A stretch of 64,000 bases of DNA from an uncultured Gemmatimonadales bacterium (GTDB lineage: Bacteria > Gemmatimonadota > Gemmatimonadetes > Longimicrobiales > Gaopeijiaceae), in assembly GCA_963823035.1 (NCBI GenBank), contig CAWGKG010000014.1:608001-672000 (forward strand). The letters are read 5' to 3'. This document shows, piece after piece, positions 20,764 to 29,196 of the stretch. The translations under genes and the position numbers were made by a program. The notes under the pieces are model-generated. The model had not been told where the DNA came from. It worked only from the letters and a program-made list of their open reading frames with translations, and did not search any database. Each line of letters starts with the position of its first letter. The first letter of the stretch is position 1.

Positions 20764-22148
20764 TCAGCCCACGGACCCGGCGTGTCGTTCCCGGCGCAGC
20801 GCACCGCTCGCCACCAGGTCGCGCAGGAAGGCGTCGAGGCGGTCGAGGTCGGCATCGTTCGTGGCGATGCCGAGGGAGGCGCGCAGCGCGCCCACGGCCA
20901 CGTCGTCGTCGAGGCAGTCGGCGAACCCCCCGAGCGAGAACGCGCCGCGCGGCATCGACTGGAAGCAGCGCAGCGCCTGGTCCGCCGAGAGGCCGAACGC
21001 CACCTCGGCGGCGCCGGGGTTGCAGAAGCACCCGCCCCGCAGCGAGATCCCGGTCGCCGCGGCCGCACGCTCCACCACACCGTAGGGAACGACCCGGCCA
21101 CGCTCGTCGAGGAGGTTGAACGCCACCGTCCCGCCACGGGAAACGGTGTCGGGTGGCCCATAGATCTCCGCCGCGGCCGCGCCGTTCGCATGCCGTAGCG
21201 AGCCCACGATGTCGAGCAGCCGGCCCGTGAGCTCCACCACCCGGTCGTGGATCGCGTCGATGCCGACGCCGCGCAGGAAGGAGAGCCCGGCCGGCACCGC
21301 CGCGATGCCCAGGAAGTTGGGCGTGCCGTCCTCGAAGCCCTCGGCGCCGACGCGCAGCTGGTGGATGCGGTTCTGCACCGACACGAACTCCACCGTGCCG
21401 CCCGCGAACCAGGGCCGGCGCAGGCGCGCGAGCGCGTCGCTGCGGGCGATGAGCGCGCCCACCCCGGTGGGATAGCCGAACATCTTGTAGAAGGACACGC
21501 ACACGAACTCGGCGCCGTCGCGCGAGAGGTCCAGCGGGCTGGTGGGCACGAACGCCGCAGCGTCCAGGAGCACGTCGTACCCCGCCGCCCGCGCCTCGCG
21601 TACGAGCTCGATCGGGTGCTGGACGCCCGAGAAGTTCGATTGCGCCGGGTAGGCGAAGAGGCTCGGGCCCTCCCCCGCCGGCGGCAGGCCGATGCGGCCA
21701 GGCGCAGGCCCGGGTCGAGCGGGAGGTAGGTCACCTCCGCGCCCTTCGCCTCGGCGTAGGTGCGGATGCCGTGCACCGAGTTGTGGTTGTCCTGCAGGAG
21801 CGTGAAGCGCGAGCCCGGGACGAAGGGGTAGGCCTCGCCGACGAGCTTGAGGGCGGCCGACGCGTTCGCCGTGAAGGCGACCGTGTACACGTCCGGATCG
21901 GCGCCGAAGTACGACAGGACGTCGCGCCGTGCCCCTTCGACGATCTCGGTCGCCTGCGCCGAGGTGGGGCTCTCCGAGTGGGGGTTGCCCAACACCCGGT
22001 GGCCGAGCAGCTCGGCCAGCTCCCGGAGCTGGGACGCGGCGTACAGCCCGCTCCCCGTGTAGTCCAGGTAGACGTGGCCGCCTTCGTCCAGCCTCCCGAA
22101 CTCGCTGGCCCGCAGGGCCTCGAAACGTTCTCTCGAATCCTCGCTCAT
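20764..22148 (-). CDS. class V PLP aminotransferase, Moco-sulfurase/cysteine desulfurase-like (frameshift near 21690)
   Basis: VYLDYTGSGLY, GNPHS, DNHNSV, LLDAAAF, SFYKMFGYPTG (PLP Lys), RGGCFCNPG. Confidence 0.88.
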
Positions 22149-22228
22149 GGCCTGCAAGATAAGAACAACGGCGCCGCCCCGGCCAATCCGGAGCGGCGCC
22201 GCGCGAGCGACGAGGGGTCGCCGCTGCG

Positions 22229-22830
22229 TTACATCTGCGCGCCCTGAACGCCGGACTTGCCGTCGCTCGAGACGTTGAAGTGCACCCACATCCCGGTGGC
22301 CGCGTGCCCCGGGATGAAGCAAACCATCGCGTACTCGCCGGCGGTGGCGGCCGTGAAGGAGACGGTGTCCTCCTCGCCCGGCATGGTTCCGTCCGTCATG
22401 GAGGTCGGGTTCTTCGAGACCGCCCCCGGGAACACCGGGTTCGGCTCGAGCATGGCGCCGAAGCTGGTGGCTCCGGCGATGATGCCGAGGCTGTGCGCCA
22501 TCCCATTGGGATCGGCGTTCTTGAAGTCGATCGTGATCGCGTACCCCGCGGGCACGGTGATCGTCATGTTGCCGTTGTGGCCGCCGTTGAAGTTCCAGTG
22601 ATTGATGGCGTCGGTGGCGCCCGCGGTGATCGTCATGTGCACGGCCTTGTTGGCCTCGTCCACATGGAACCAGTCGGGCATGGTCATCTCGCCGGTCGCC
22701 GCAGCAGACGGCTGGCGGCGGCGGCAGGGGCGGCGGCGGGCTGGCCGGCCGCGTCGTTGCTCGCCGGGGGCTCACCACCGCCGCAGGCCGCGAGGGCGGC
22801 GACCAGAGAGAGGGTCGCAAAGCGCTTCAT
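22229..22830 (-). CDS. sulfocyanin/rusticyanin-like blue copper lipoprotein (frameshift near 22710)
   Basis: Lipobox LAAC; WNFNG, HSL and type-1 Cu motif CFIPGHAATGM. Confidence 0.82.
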
Positions 22831-22854
22831 CGAAATCTGTCCTGTCATCAGTGG

Positions 22855-22944
22855 CTGAGCTCGTAGGCCGACGCGGGGGAGCCACGTTCCCCCGGTCGGT
22901 CGGCCCTGCCCCGGAGATTGCCTCCGGAGCGGGTCAAAGCCCAG
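22855..22944 (-). ncRNA. candidate structured 5' leader (three-way junction), unassigned
   Basis: Closing stem CTGGGCTT/GAGCTCAG enclosing hairpins GCTCCGGAG-GCAAT-CTCCGGGGC and GGCCGAC..GGGGGA/TCCCCC..GTCGGCC; paired by eye only. Confidence 0.3.
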
Positions 22945-22996
22945 TAAGTTAAAACCTTTCGGCCGTGCGGTAGAGCCGAGTGTGGTCGGGCATGAA

Positions 22997-23012
22997 GGCA
23001 CGAACCGTGCCA
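22997..23012 (-). promoter_or_regulatory. sigma54-like -24/-12 element
   Basis: Minus strand TGGCACGGTTCGTGCC (GG-N10-GC); also a palindrome GGCACG-AAC-CGTGCC. Confidence 0.45.
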
Positions 23013-23021
23013 CGCCCGCGC

Positions 23022-24188
23022 TCAACTGGAGTAGTAGGCGGCGTTCTCGTCCACGTATCCGTGCGTGAGGTCGCAGCCCCACGCCCGGGCCCGCCCGTCG
23101 CCGAGACCGAGATCCACCTCCAGGTCGACCGGATCGCCCCGCAGGAGCCCCCGCACCGCCGCTTCGTCGAAGACGGTCTTGCTCCCCCCATCGAGCACGC
23201 GCACGCCGCAGATCGACGCCCCGATGCGCGCCGGGTCCACGCGGCAGGTCAGGCACTTCCCCACCGCCATGAGGATACGTCCCACGTTCGGGTCACCGCC
23301 GAACACCATCGTCTTCACGAGCGGTGAGTTCACGAGCGACTTCGCGACGGTCCGCGCCTCCCGTGCGTCGACCGCGCCCGTGACGGTCACCCGCACGAGC
23401 GTGGTCGCACCCTCGCCGTCGCGCGCCAGCTTCTCGGTCATCGCCGTGAAGGCCTCGAGGAGCGCGTCTTCGAACGCCTGGTCGTCGACCGGTCCGGCCA
23501 ACCCGTTCGCGAGGATCGCGCAGGTGTCGGAGGTGCTCGTGTCCGTGTCCACGGAGAGCATGTTGAACGTCACGTCCACCGCACGGCGCAGCATGCCGTC
23601 GAGCACGGGGGCCTCGACGCGCGCGTCCGTGAAGGCGAACACGAGCATGGTCGCCATGTTCGGCTCGATCATCCCGGACCCCTTCCCCACCACCGTGAGC
23701 GTCGCCTCGCCCACGGGGAGCGAGACCGCCTTGGGGTGGGTGTCGGTGGTCATGATCCCCATCGCGCCGACCAGGGGATCCTCCTGGAGCGACGCCGCCA
23801 GCGTGGGCATCGCCGCCTCGATCTTCTCGATCGGGAGGGGCACGCCGATCACCCCGGTGGAGCTCATCAACACGGTGCCGGGGTCGACGCCGAGCGCCGC
23901 GGCGGCCGACGCGCCCATGCGCCGGGCCCTCGCCAACCCCTCCGCGCCGTTGCCGACGTTGGAAACGCGGCTGTTCACCACCACGGCCTGGACCCGCCCC
24001 CCGAGGACGATCTCCCGCCCGACGACCACGGGTGCGCCGGGGACCTGGTTGCGGGTGAATACGGCCGCGGCGGCCGCGGGCACGTCGGACGCGAAGAGGG
24101 AGAGGTCGTTGCCCTCCGCCTTGATGCCGCAGTTCACGGAGGCGCAGCGGAAGCCGCGCGGGAAGCGAGGGGTATCGTGGAGGGGCAT
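23022..24188 (-). CDS. argJ: glutamate N-acetyltransferase/ornithine acetyltransferase ArgJ
   Basis: STGVIG, IMTTDT, KGSGMIEPNMATML, DTSTSDT, ARDGEGAT, SPLVKT, WGCDLT..YV..NA.Y.S. Confidence 0.96.
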   Translation of the reverse strand: MPLHDTPRFPRGFRCASVNCGIKAEGNDLSLFASDVPAAAAAVFTRNQVPGAPVVVGREIVLGGRVQAVVVNSRVSNVGNGAEGLARARRMGASAAAALGVDPGTVLMSSTGVIGVPLPIEKIEAAMPTLAASLQEDPLVGAMGIMTTDTHPKAVSLPVGEATLTVVGKGSGMIEPNMATMLVFAFTDARVEAPVLDGMLRRAVDVTFNMLSVDTDTSTSDTCAILANGLAGPVDDQAFEDALLEAFTAMTEKLARDGEGATTLVRVTVTGAVDAREARTVAKSLVNSPLVKTMVFGGDPNVGRILMAVGKCLTCRVDPARIGASICGVRVLDGGSKTVFDEAAVRGLLRGDPVDLEVDLGLGDGRARAWGCDLTHGYVDENAAYYSS

Positions 24189-24287
24189 GGCGGCCGAAGC
24201 GTAGGGTCCGGAGGATCGACGGCCGAAAGATCGTGGGGGTGGCCGCGCCGTGCCAGCGCCGGCCTCGGCCGGCGGAGCACCCCCGGC

Positions 24288-26708
24288 TCAGTCGCTACGG
24301 AGCGCGACGATCGGGTCCACCCGCGTGGCGCGACGCGCAGGAATGGCCGACGCCAGCACCCCGGTCAGCAGCAGCACGCCCGCCACCATCCCGAAGACAC
24401 CCGGATCGCCCGTGTCGACCTGGAAGAGCACGAGCTTCAGCGCGCGCGACACGAGCACCGCCAGGCCGAGGCCGAGCACGACGCCCGACACGACCTGGAC
24501 GAAGCCCTGCTTCAGGATGAGCGACAGGACCTGGCCGGCCTCCGCGCCCAGCGCCATGCGGATCCCGACCTCCGGCGTGCGTCGGCTCACGCTGAAGGCC
24601 ATGACGCCGTAGAGGCCGATCGACGCGAGGAAGAGCGCCACCGCGCCGAACACCATGAAGAGCGCTCCGAAGACGTTGTAGACCCAGGTGTTCTCGGCGA
24701 TGCGTCCCGCCAGCGTGTCCACGTAGTAGATCGGCGTGTCGGCGTGCACCGCGGCCACGGCGTCGCGCACCGACGAGGTCAGCGACATCGGATCCGCCGG
24801 CCCGCGGGCGAGGATGCTCACGAAGCGGAGGTCGCCCTGCGCCAGCGGCGTGTAGAAGGCGTCCGGCTCCTCGCCCGGGTTGCCGGCGCCCTGCATCCAG
24901 AGATCGGGCACCACACCGACGACCGTCCGCCAGGGCTCGTCGGGGGACGTGCCGGCGCGCACACGCCTTCCGAGGGGCGACCCGCCGGGGAAGTGCCGAC
25001 GCGCGAAGCTCTCGTTCACGATCGCGACCGGCATCGCCTCTGCGTCGTCCGTGCGCTGGAAGGCCCGGCCGGCGCTCGGGGCGACCCCGACCGTCTCGAA
25101 GTAGCCCGGACCGATGAGGGCGGAGCGGGCCGACGGATAGTCGCGATCCTCCGTGTACTCCTCCCCCTCGATGGCGACACGCTGCGTGCCCGCGCCCGTC
25201 CCCGGCAAGGCGGTGGCGAGCGCGAAGGACCCGATCTCGGGGACCTGGGACAGGCGCGTCTCCAGATCGTCGAAGAAGCGTCTGCGCGCGGCCACGTCGG
25301 GGAACTCGCTCTCGAAGAGCCCGAGCCGGGCCGTGAACACCTCGTTCGTGTCGAAGCCGAAGTCGAAGTCGCGCAGCGTCGCGATGCTCTTGGTCATGAG
25401 CCCGGCCGCGACCAGCAGCCCCATCGACATCGCGATCTCGCCCACCACCAGCACCTTGCTCAGGCGGCCGATGCGCAGGCTCGACGTGCCGCGCGTCTCG
25501 TCCTTGAGGATCGCGCCCACGTCCATCCGCGATGCCTTCCACGCCGGGATGCCGCCGGCGACGAGCGCCGCCGCCACCGAGATGGCCAGGATGAACAGCA
25601 GGATGGGCGCATCCACCTTGAACTGCAGGAAGAACGGAGGGTTCGTCGATTCGACCGCTCGTGCGAACATCGTGGTGCCCAGCCACGCCAGAGCCGCGCC
25701 GACCGCTCCGCCCAGGAGCGCGAGCGCGAGGGCCTCGGCGACCATCTGCGAGACCACCCGCCACCGGCTCGCCCCGAGCGCGGTGCGGATCCCGACCTCC
25801 TTGATGCGGACGGCGGCACGGGCGAGGAGGAGGTTGGCCACGTTCGCGCATGCGATCAGGAGGACGAGCGAGACCGCCAGGAGCATGGTGAGAAGGAGGC
25901 CGCGCGCCTCCGAACCGATCGCCATCTCCTGGAAGGAGGTGATGACGGCGGTGACGCCCTCGTTCGTCTCCGGATACTCCGCCGCCAGCCGCTGGGCGAT
26001 CCCGGCCATCTCGGTCGCGGCGCGCTCCAGGGGCACCCCGGGCCGGAGACGCCCGTAGACCTGGACCCACTGGCCCTGGCCGCGCGGCAGGGCGAGCGCG
26101 TCCGTGCGCAGCGACACCCAGATGTCCTGGCGCTCGGGGAAGAGGAAGCCCTCCGGCATGACGCCGACCACCTCGGCCTGCTCGCCGTTCACCTTGAGCA
26201 CCTGCCCGACGGCGGACGGCGCGCCCGCGAAGCGGTCCTGCCACAGCCGCCAGGAGAGGATGACCCTCAGCGGCGCCCCCGCCGCCGACTCCTCCTCGTT
26301 GAACTCCCGACCCAGGACAGGGTGCACGCCGAGCGCGGCGAAGGCGCCCGGGGTGACGAACGCGCCGTCGAAACGCTCCGGGCGATCGCTCCAGCGCACG
26401 TTCACCGTGCCCTGGTAGTAGGCCTCCAGGCTCTCGAAGGAGGTTTGCTGATCCCGCCAGTCCACGTAGTCGTGGATCGGCACGGGCGCGCGGTTGATGC
26501 CCCGGCTCGGGTTGGCCTGCGTGAGCATCATCACGCGCTCGCCTCCCTCGAACGGAAGGCCGCGCAGGAGCGCCGCGTACACGATGCTGAACATCGTCGC
26601 GGTCACGCCGATCCCGAGCGCGAGGGCCCCGGCCGCGAGGGCCGACACGCCAGGGTGCTTGAAGAGCATCCGGCCGGCGTAGCGGAGATCCTGCAGAAAT
26701 CCCGACAT
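24288..26708 (-). CDS. ABC transporter permease, duplicated MacB/FtsX (ADOP type)
   Basis: QDLRYAGRML, LLIACANVANLLLARA, EVGIRMALGA, RRATRVDPIVALR. Confidence 0.93.
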   Translation of the reverse strand: MSGFLQDLRYAGRMLFKHPGVSALAAGALALGIGVTATMFSIVYAALLRGLPFEGGERVMMLTQANPSRGINRAPVPIHDYVDWRDQQTSFESLEAYYQGTVNVRWSDRPERFDGAFVTPGAFAALGVHPVLGREFNEEESAAGAPLRVILSWRLWQDRFAGAPSAVGQVLKVNGEQAEVVGVMPEGFLFPERQDIWVSLRTDALALPRGQGQWVQVYGRLRPGVPLERAATEMAGIAQRLAAEYPETNEGVTAVITSFQEMAIGSEARGLLLTMLLAVSLVLLIACANVANLLLARAAVRIKEVGIRTALGASRWRVVSQMVAEALALALLGGAVGAALAWLGTTMFARAVESTNPPFFLQFKVDAPILLFILAISVAAALVAGGIPAWKASRMDVGAILKDETRGTSSLRIGRLSKVLVVGEIAMSMGLLVAAGLMTKSIATLRDFDFGFDTNEVFTARLGLFESEFPDVAARRRFFDDLETRLSQVPEIGSFALATALPGTGAGTQRVAIEGEEYTEDRDYPSARSALIGPGYFETVGVAPSAGRAFQRTDDAEAMPVAIVNESFARRHFPGGSPLGRRVRAGTSPDEPWRTVVGVVPDLWMQGAGNPGEEPDAFYTPLAQGDLRFVSILARGPADPMSLTSSVRDAVAAVHADTPIYYVDTLAGRIAENTWVYNVFGALFMVFGAVALFLASIGLYGVMAFSVSRRTPEVGIRMALGAEAGQVLSLILKQGFVQVVSGVVLGLGLAVLVSRALKLVLFQVDTGDPGVFGMVAGVLLLTGVLASAIPARRATRVDPIVALRSD

Positions 26709-26765
26709 ACCACCCACCCCCGCGGCGAGGAGACGCGACGGCCTCCGCGGCCGCCGGACCGCCTC

Positions 26766-26795
26766 CCCTACGGCCGCCGGCGAGAGACCGGTTTC
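26766..26795 (-). promoter_or_regulatory. ECF-type promoter GAAAC-N18-CGTAGGG
   Basis: About 58 nt upstream of the permease start; matches the two other copies. Confidence 0.6.
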
Positions 26796-26827
26796 GCCCG
26801 CGCGGATGCGGAGGCCCCGACGAAGAA

Positions 26828-26855
26828 GAGCCCGGCCACCGAAGTGACCGGGCTC
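26828..26855 (-). terminator. intrinsic terminator after small ORF
   Basis: GAGCCCGG...CCGGGCTC stem followed by TTCTT on the minus strand. Confidence 0.6.
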
Positions 26856-26890
26856 ACGAATCGAAGGGCCGTCTTTCCCCTTCCGAAGGA

Positions 26891-27064
26891 CTACTCGGCG
26901 CTCCACCCCAGGTGGAGGTGCAGCTCGGGCACGAGCTCGCTCGCGTCCAGAGGACGGGCTTCCTCGGCCATCCGACGGAAGATGCGGGCGATCTTGCGAT
27001 CTCCCTCTCCCTCTGCCCGGGTCGCAGCCCGGAGCAGGAACCGGATCCTTTCGTCCATGCTCAT
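26891..27064 (-). CDS. small helical hypothetical protein (57 aa)
   Basis: MSMDERIRFLLRAATRAEGEGDRKIARIFRRMAEEARP; purine-rich RBS, upstream promoter motif and downstream terminator. Confidence 0.6.
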   Translation of the reverse strand: MSMDERIRFLLRAATRAEGEGDRKIARIFRRMAEEARPLDASELVPELHLHLGWSAE

Positions 27065-27145
27065 CTTCCCCACCCCTCGCGGGTCACCCTCGACCGTTCC
27101 TTCGAGTGGATGTACGACGGGTCCGACCCGCCTCTTTCACCTCCC

Positions 27146-27175
27146 GTTGGATCCCGCCCGGCCCGTCGGCGTTGC
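27146..27175 (-). promoter_or_regulatory. ECF-type promoter GCAAC-N17-GATCCAAC
   Basis: Similar to the motif upstream of the ECF sigma at 12332. Confidence 0.45.
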
Positions 27176-27287
27176 CGCGACGCCCCGGGGCGATCCCCCC
27201 ACCCCTCCCTTGCTCTGTCCTACAGGAGACGAGCGTGGAACGGCTCATGTGACACCGCGGTCGCCGTCGTCCGACCGACGAAGGTCG

Positions 27288-27782
27288 TCATCCCATGCGT
27301 GCGCGCAGGATGTCCAGGTAGCGGATGAGTTGGTCGAGGTCTTCCGGCGCAAGACCGCTGAAGATGTCCTGGTCGGCGGCGGATACCGGCGTGTCCAGAC
27401 GGGTGAGGAGATCGAGCCCTTCCGCGGTGACGCGGCACCACACCTTGCGCCGATCCTCGGAGAGACGCTCACGGTCCACCCATCCCTTGGCCACGAGGCG
27501 GTCGACGATCCGCGTCACCCCGGGGGTGCGCTCGATCATGCGGTCGCCGATCTCCAGGGTCGGGAGACCCTGCGGGCCTGCGTCGCGCAGGATGCGAAGC
27601 ACGTTGTACTGCTGGAAGGTCACGCCCTCCCGTGTGAAGAGGTCGGTGAAGCGGTGCTTCGCCACGTCCGCGGTCCGCAGGAGGGCCAGGAGCGCCTCAT
27701 GACCCTTCGACTTCAGGGCGCGGTTCAGCTCTTCCGCGATACCGCGCAGCGGCTGGAATCCCTCGTGCTCGTACCCTTGCAT
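27288..27782 (-). CDS. MarR family transcriptional regulator
   Basis: TFQQYNVLRILR, TRIVDRLVAKGWV.R...DRR...VTAEG. Confidence 0.92.
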   Translation of the reverse strand: MQGYEHEGFQPLRGIAEELNRALKSKGHEALLALLRTADVAKHRFTDLFTREGVTFQQYNVLRILRDAGPQGLPTLEIGDRMIERTPGVTRIVDRLVAKGWVDRERLSEDRRKVWCRVTAEGLDLLTRLDTPVSAADQDIFSGLAPEDLDQLIRYLDILRARMG

Positions 27783-27786
27783 GCCC

Positions 27787-29109
27787 TCACTCCGTGATGA
27801 CCGTGGGATCTTCCGTCAGCTGGTCGGGCGTGGCACCCGTCTCCCGGCCGAGCACCGCGCGCACGAAATCGCTCCACCATTCGGCCTGCTCCTCCAGGCT
27901 CCGATATCGAGACAGGGCGGGCCACGTCTTCGCGTGCACGGCCCGCCCTTCCTCCATGGCCTGCGCGAACGTCAGCCCCTCTCCTTCCGGACCGAGGAGC
28001 CACCTCCGCCCGATGCGGGCGTGCAGCACCTCGTCCGCCCAGTCGAAGTCGTGGAAGTGGGTCGAGAGCGCGTCGCCCGCCTCGAGCGCGATCTCGCGCT
28101 CCGCGCGCTTGCCGGTCTCCCCAGGCATGAGGCTCTGCTCGATCGCCCAGAGCAAGAGCTGCCGCTCACGTGGGCTGGCGTGCAGGTTCAGCCGCAGCGA
28201 GAAGCCCACGTTCAGGGGGATCTCGCGCCAGGCAACGCCGCGCGCCTCCAGGGCCACCTCGCCCATCATCGAGTGGCGCGCCTCGTCCCAGAGCTGACGC
28301 GCGTAGTCGACGTAGAACCCCCATGGCCGGTCGCGGAGCTCGGTGATGAACGACGCCATCATCTCCGGCACGTCCATCTCGAGAAGTCGCTTGCACAGGA
28401 GCGCGAGGTTGCGCTCCTCGGCGTCGAGGTTGTCCGCCGCGTAGAGCACGTGGGGTGGGAAGTTGAAGTTGTGGACGCCCCGGAACCTCGCATCGCGCCG
28501 CGGCCGGAAGTCCGGCGGAGGGGCCGTCGGCGCCCTGGGCCCGGGCAGAGGCCCGCCACCCCACTCGGCGCCATCCACCCCGCCGGCCGCGCGCACGTAG
28601 GCCTGCACGTGCTCGGCGTAGCCCGACGGCTCCACGGACGCGCGCGCCTCCCGGCCCCACGAGATCGCATCCTCGACCTCCGGGAGGTGGGCGCGGAGGA
28701 TCCGGCGGGTGGGGTGGTCGACGAGGGGGTTCGATCCCTCGAGGTAGCGCCGGTACGCCTGCGCGAGCGCGGGGAGGAGCACGCCGTGGACGGCGTCCAG
28801 GAGCTCGAGCGTGTCCTCGGCCGCGGCGGCCTCCGCCAGCGCCGCCTCGAGCGCCTCGTCCGGCGCCTCGTCCATGCGCGGCGCCGGGGCGCGCATCTCC
28901 GAGATCCGGGTGCGGAGGGCGTCGGCGTGCTCGACGGCGAGCCACTGCTGCAGGGCCAGGCCGCCCTTCACCTCCCACTCGGGTGTGGTCGGGATACGGC
29001 TGACGAGGATCTCGAACACCCGCTTCTCGGTCCAGTGGAGCCTGAGAAGGCGGCGAACGCTCTCCTCCACGGAGAAGCCGGGACGCGCGGCCGTTGCGTG
29101 AGAGCACAC
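27787..29109 (-). CDS. ferritin-like (DUF455-like) putative di-iron protein; start uncertain (possibly 29167 with an indel)
   Basis: LLEMDVPE, RQLWDEARH, WAIEQ, DWADEVLH carboxylate/His motifs in an all-helical protein. Confidence 0.65.
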   Translation of the reverse strand: MCSHATAARPGFSVEESVRRLLRLHWTEKRVFEILVSRIPTTPEWEVKGGLALQQWLAVEHADALRTRISEMRAPAPRMDEAPDEALEAALAEAAAAEDTLELLDAVHGVLLPALAQAYRRYLEGSNPLVDHPTRRILRAHLPEVEDAISWGREARASVEPSGYAEHVQAYVRAAGGVDGAEWGGGPLPGPRAPTAPPPDFRPRRDARFRGVHNFNFPPHVLYAADNLDAEERNLALLCKRLLEMDVPEMMASFITELRDRPWGFYVDYARQLWDEARHSMMGEVALEARGVAWREIPLNVGFSLRLNLHASPRERQLLLWAIEQSLMPGETGKRAEREIALEAGDALSTHFHDFDWADEVLHARIGRRWLLGPEGEGLTFAQAMEEGRAVHAKTWPALSRYRSLEEQAEWWSDFVRAVLGRETGATPDQLTEDPTVITE

Positions 29110-29196
29110 CCCGGCCAGGGACGGAGCCTGTACAGTCGCGAGCGGGAGGCACCTGCGGAGTCGCCACGGTAGGGCCGTACGGGTTTCGCGGCCCGA

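Noticed and set aside
22844..22962. Hammerhead ribozyme (CTGATGA and GAAA on the minus strand)
   Set aside because: The core elements are not joined by the required stem II/III geometry
23736..27797. 1353-aa plus-strand ORF
   Set aside because: Shadow of the permease, argJ and MarR genes on the minus strand
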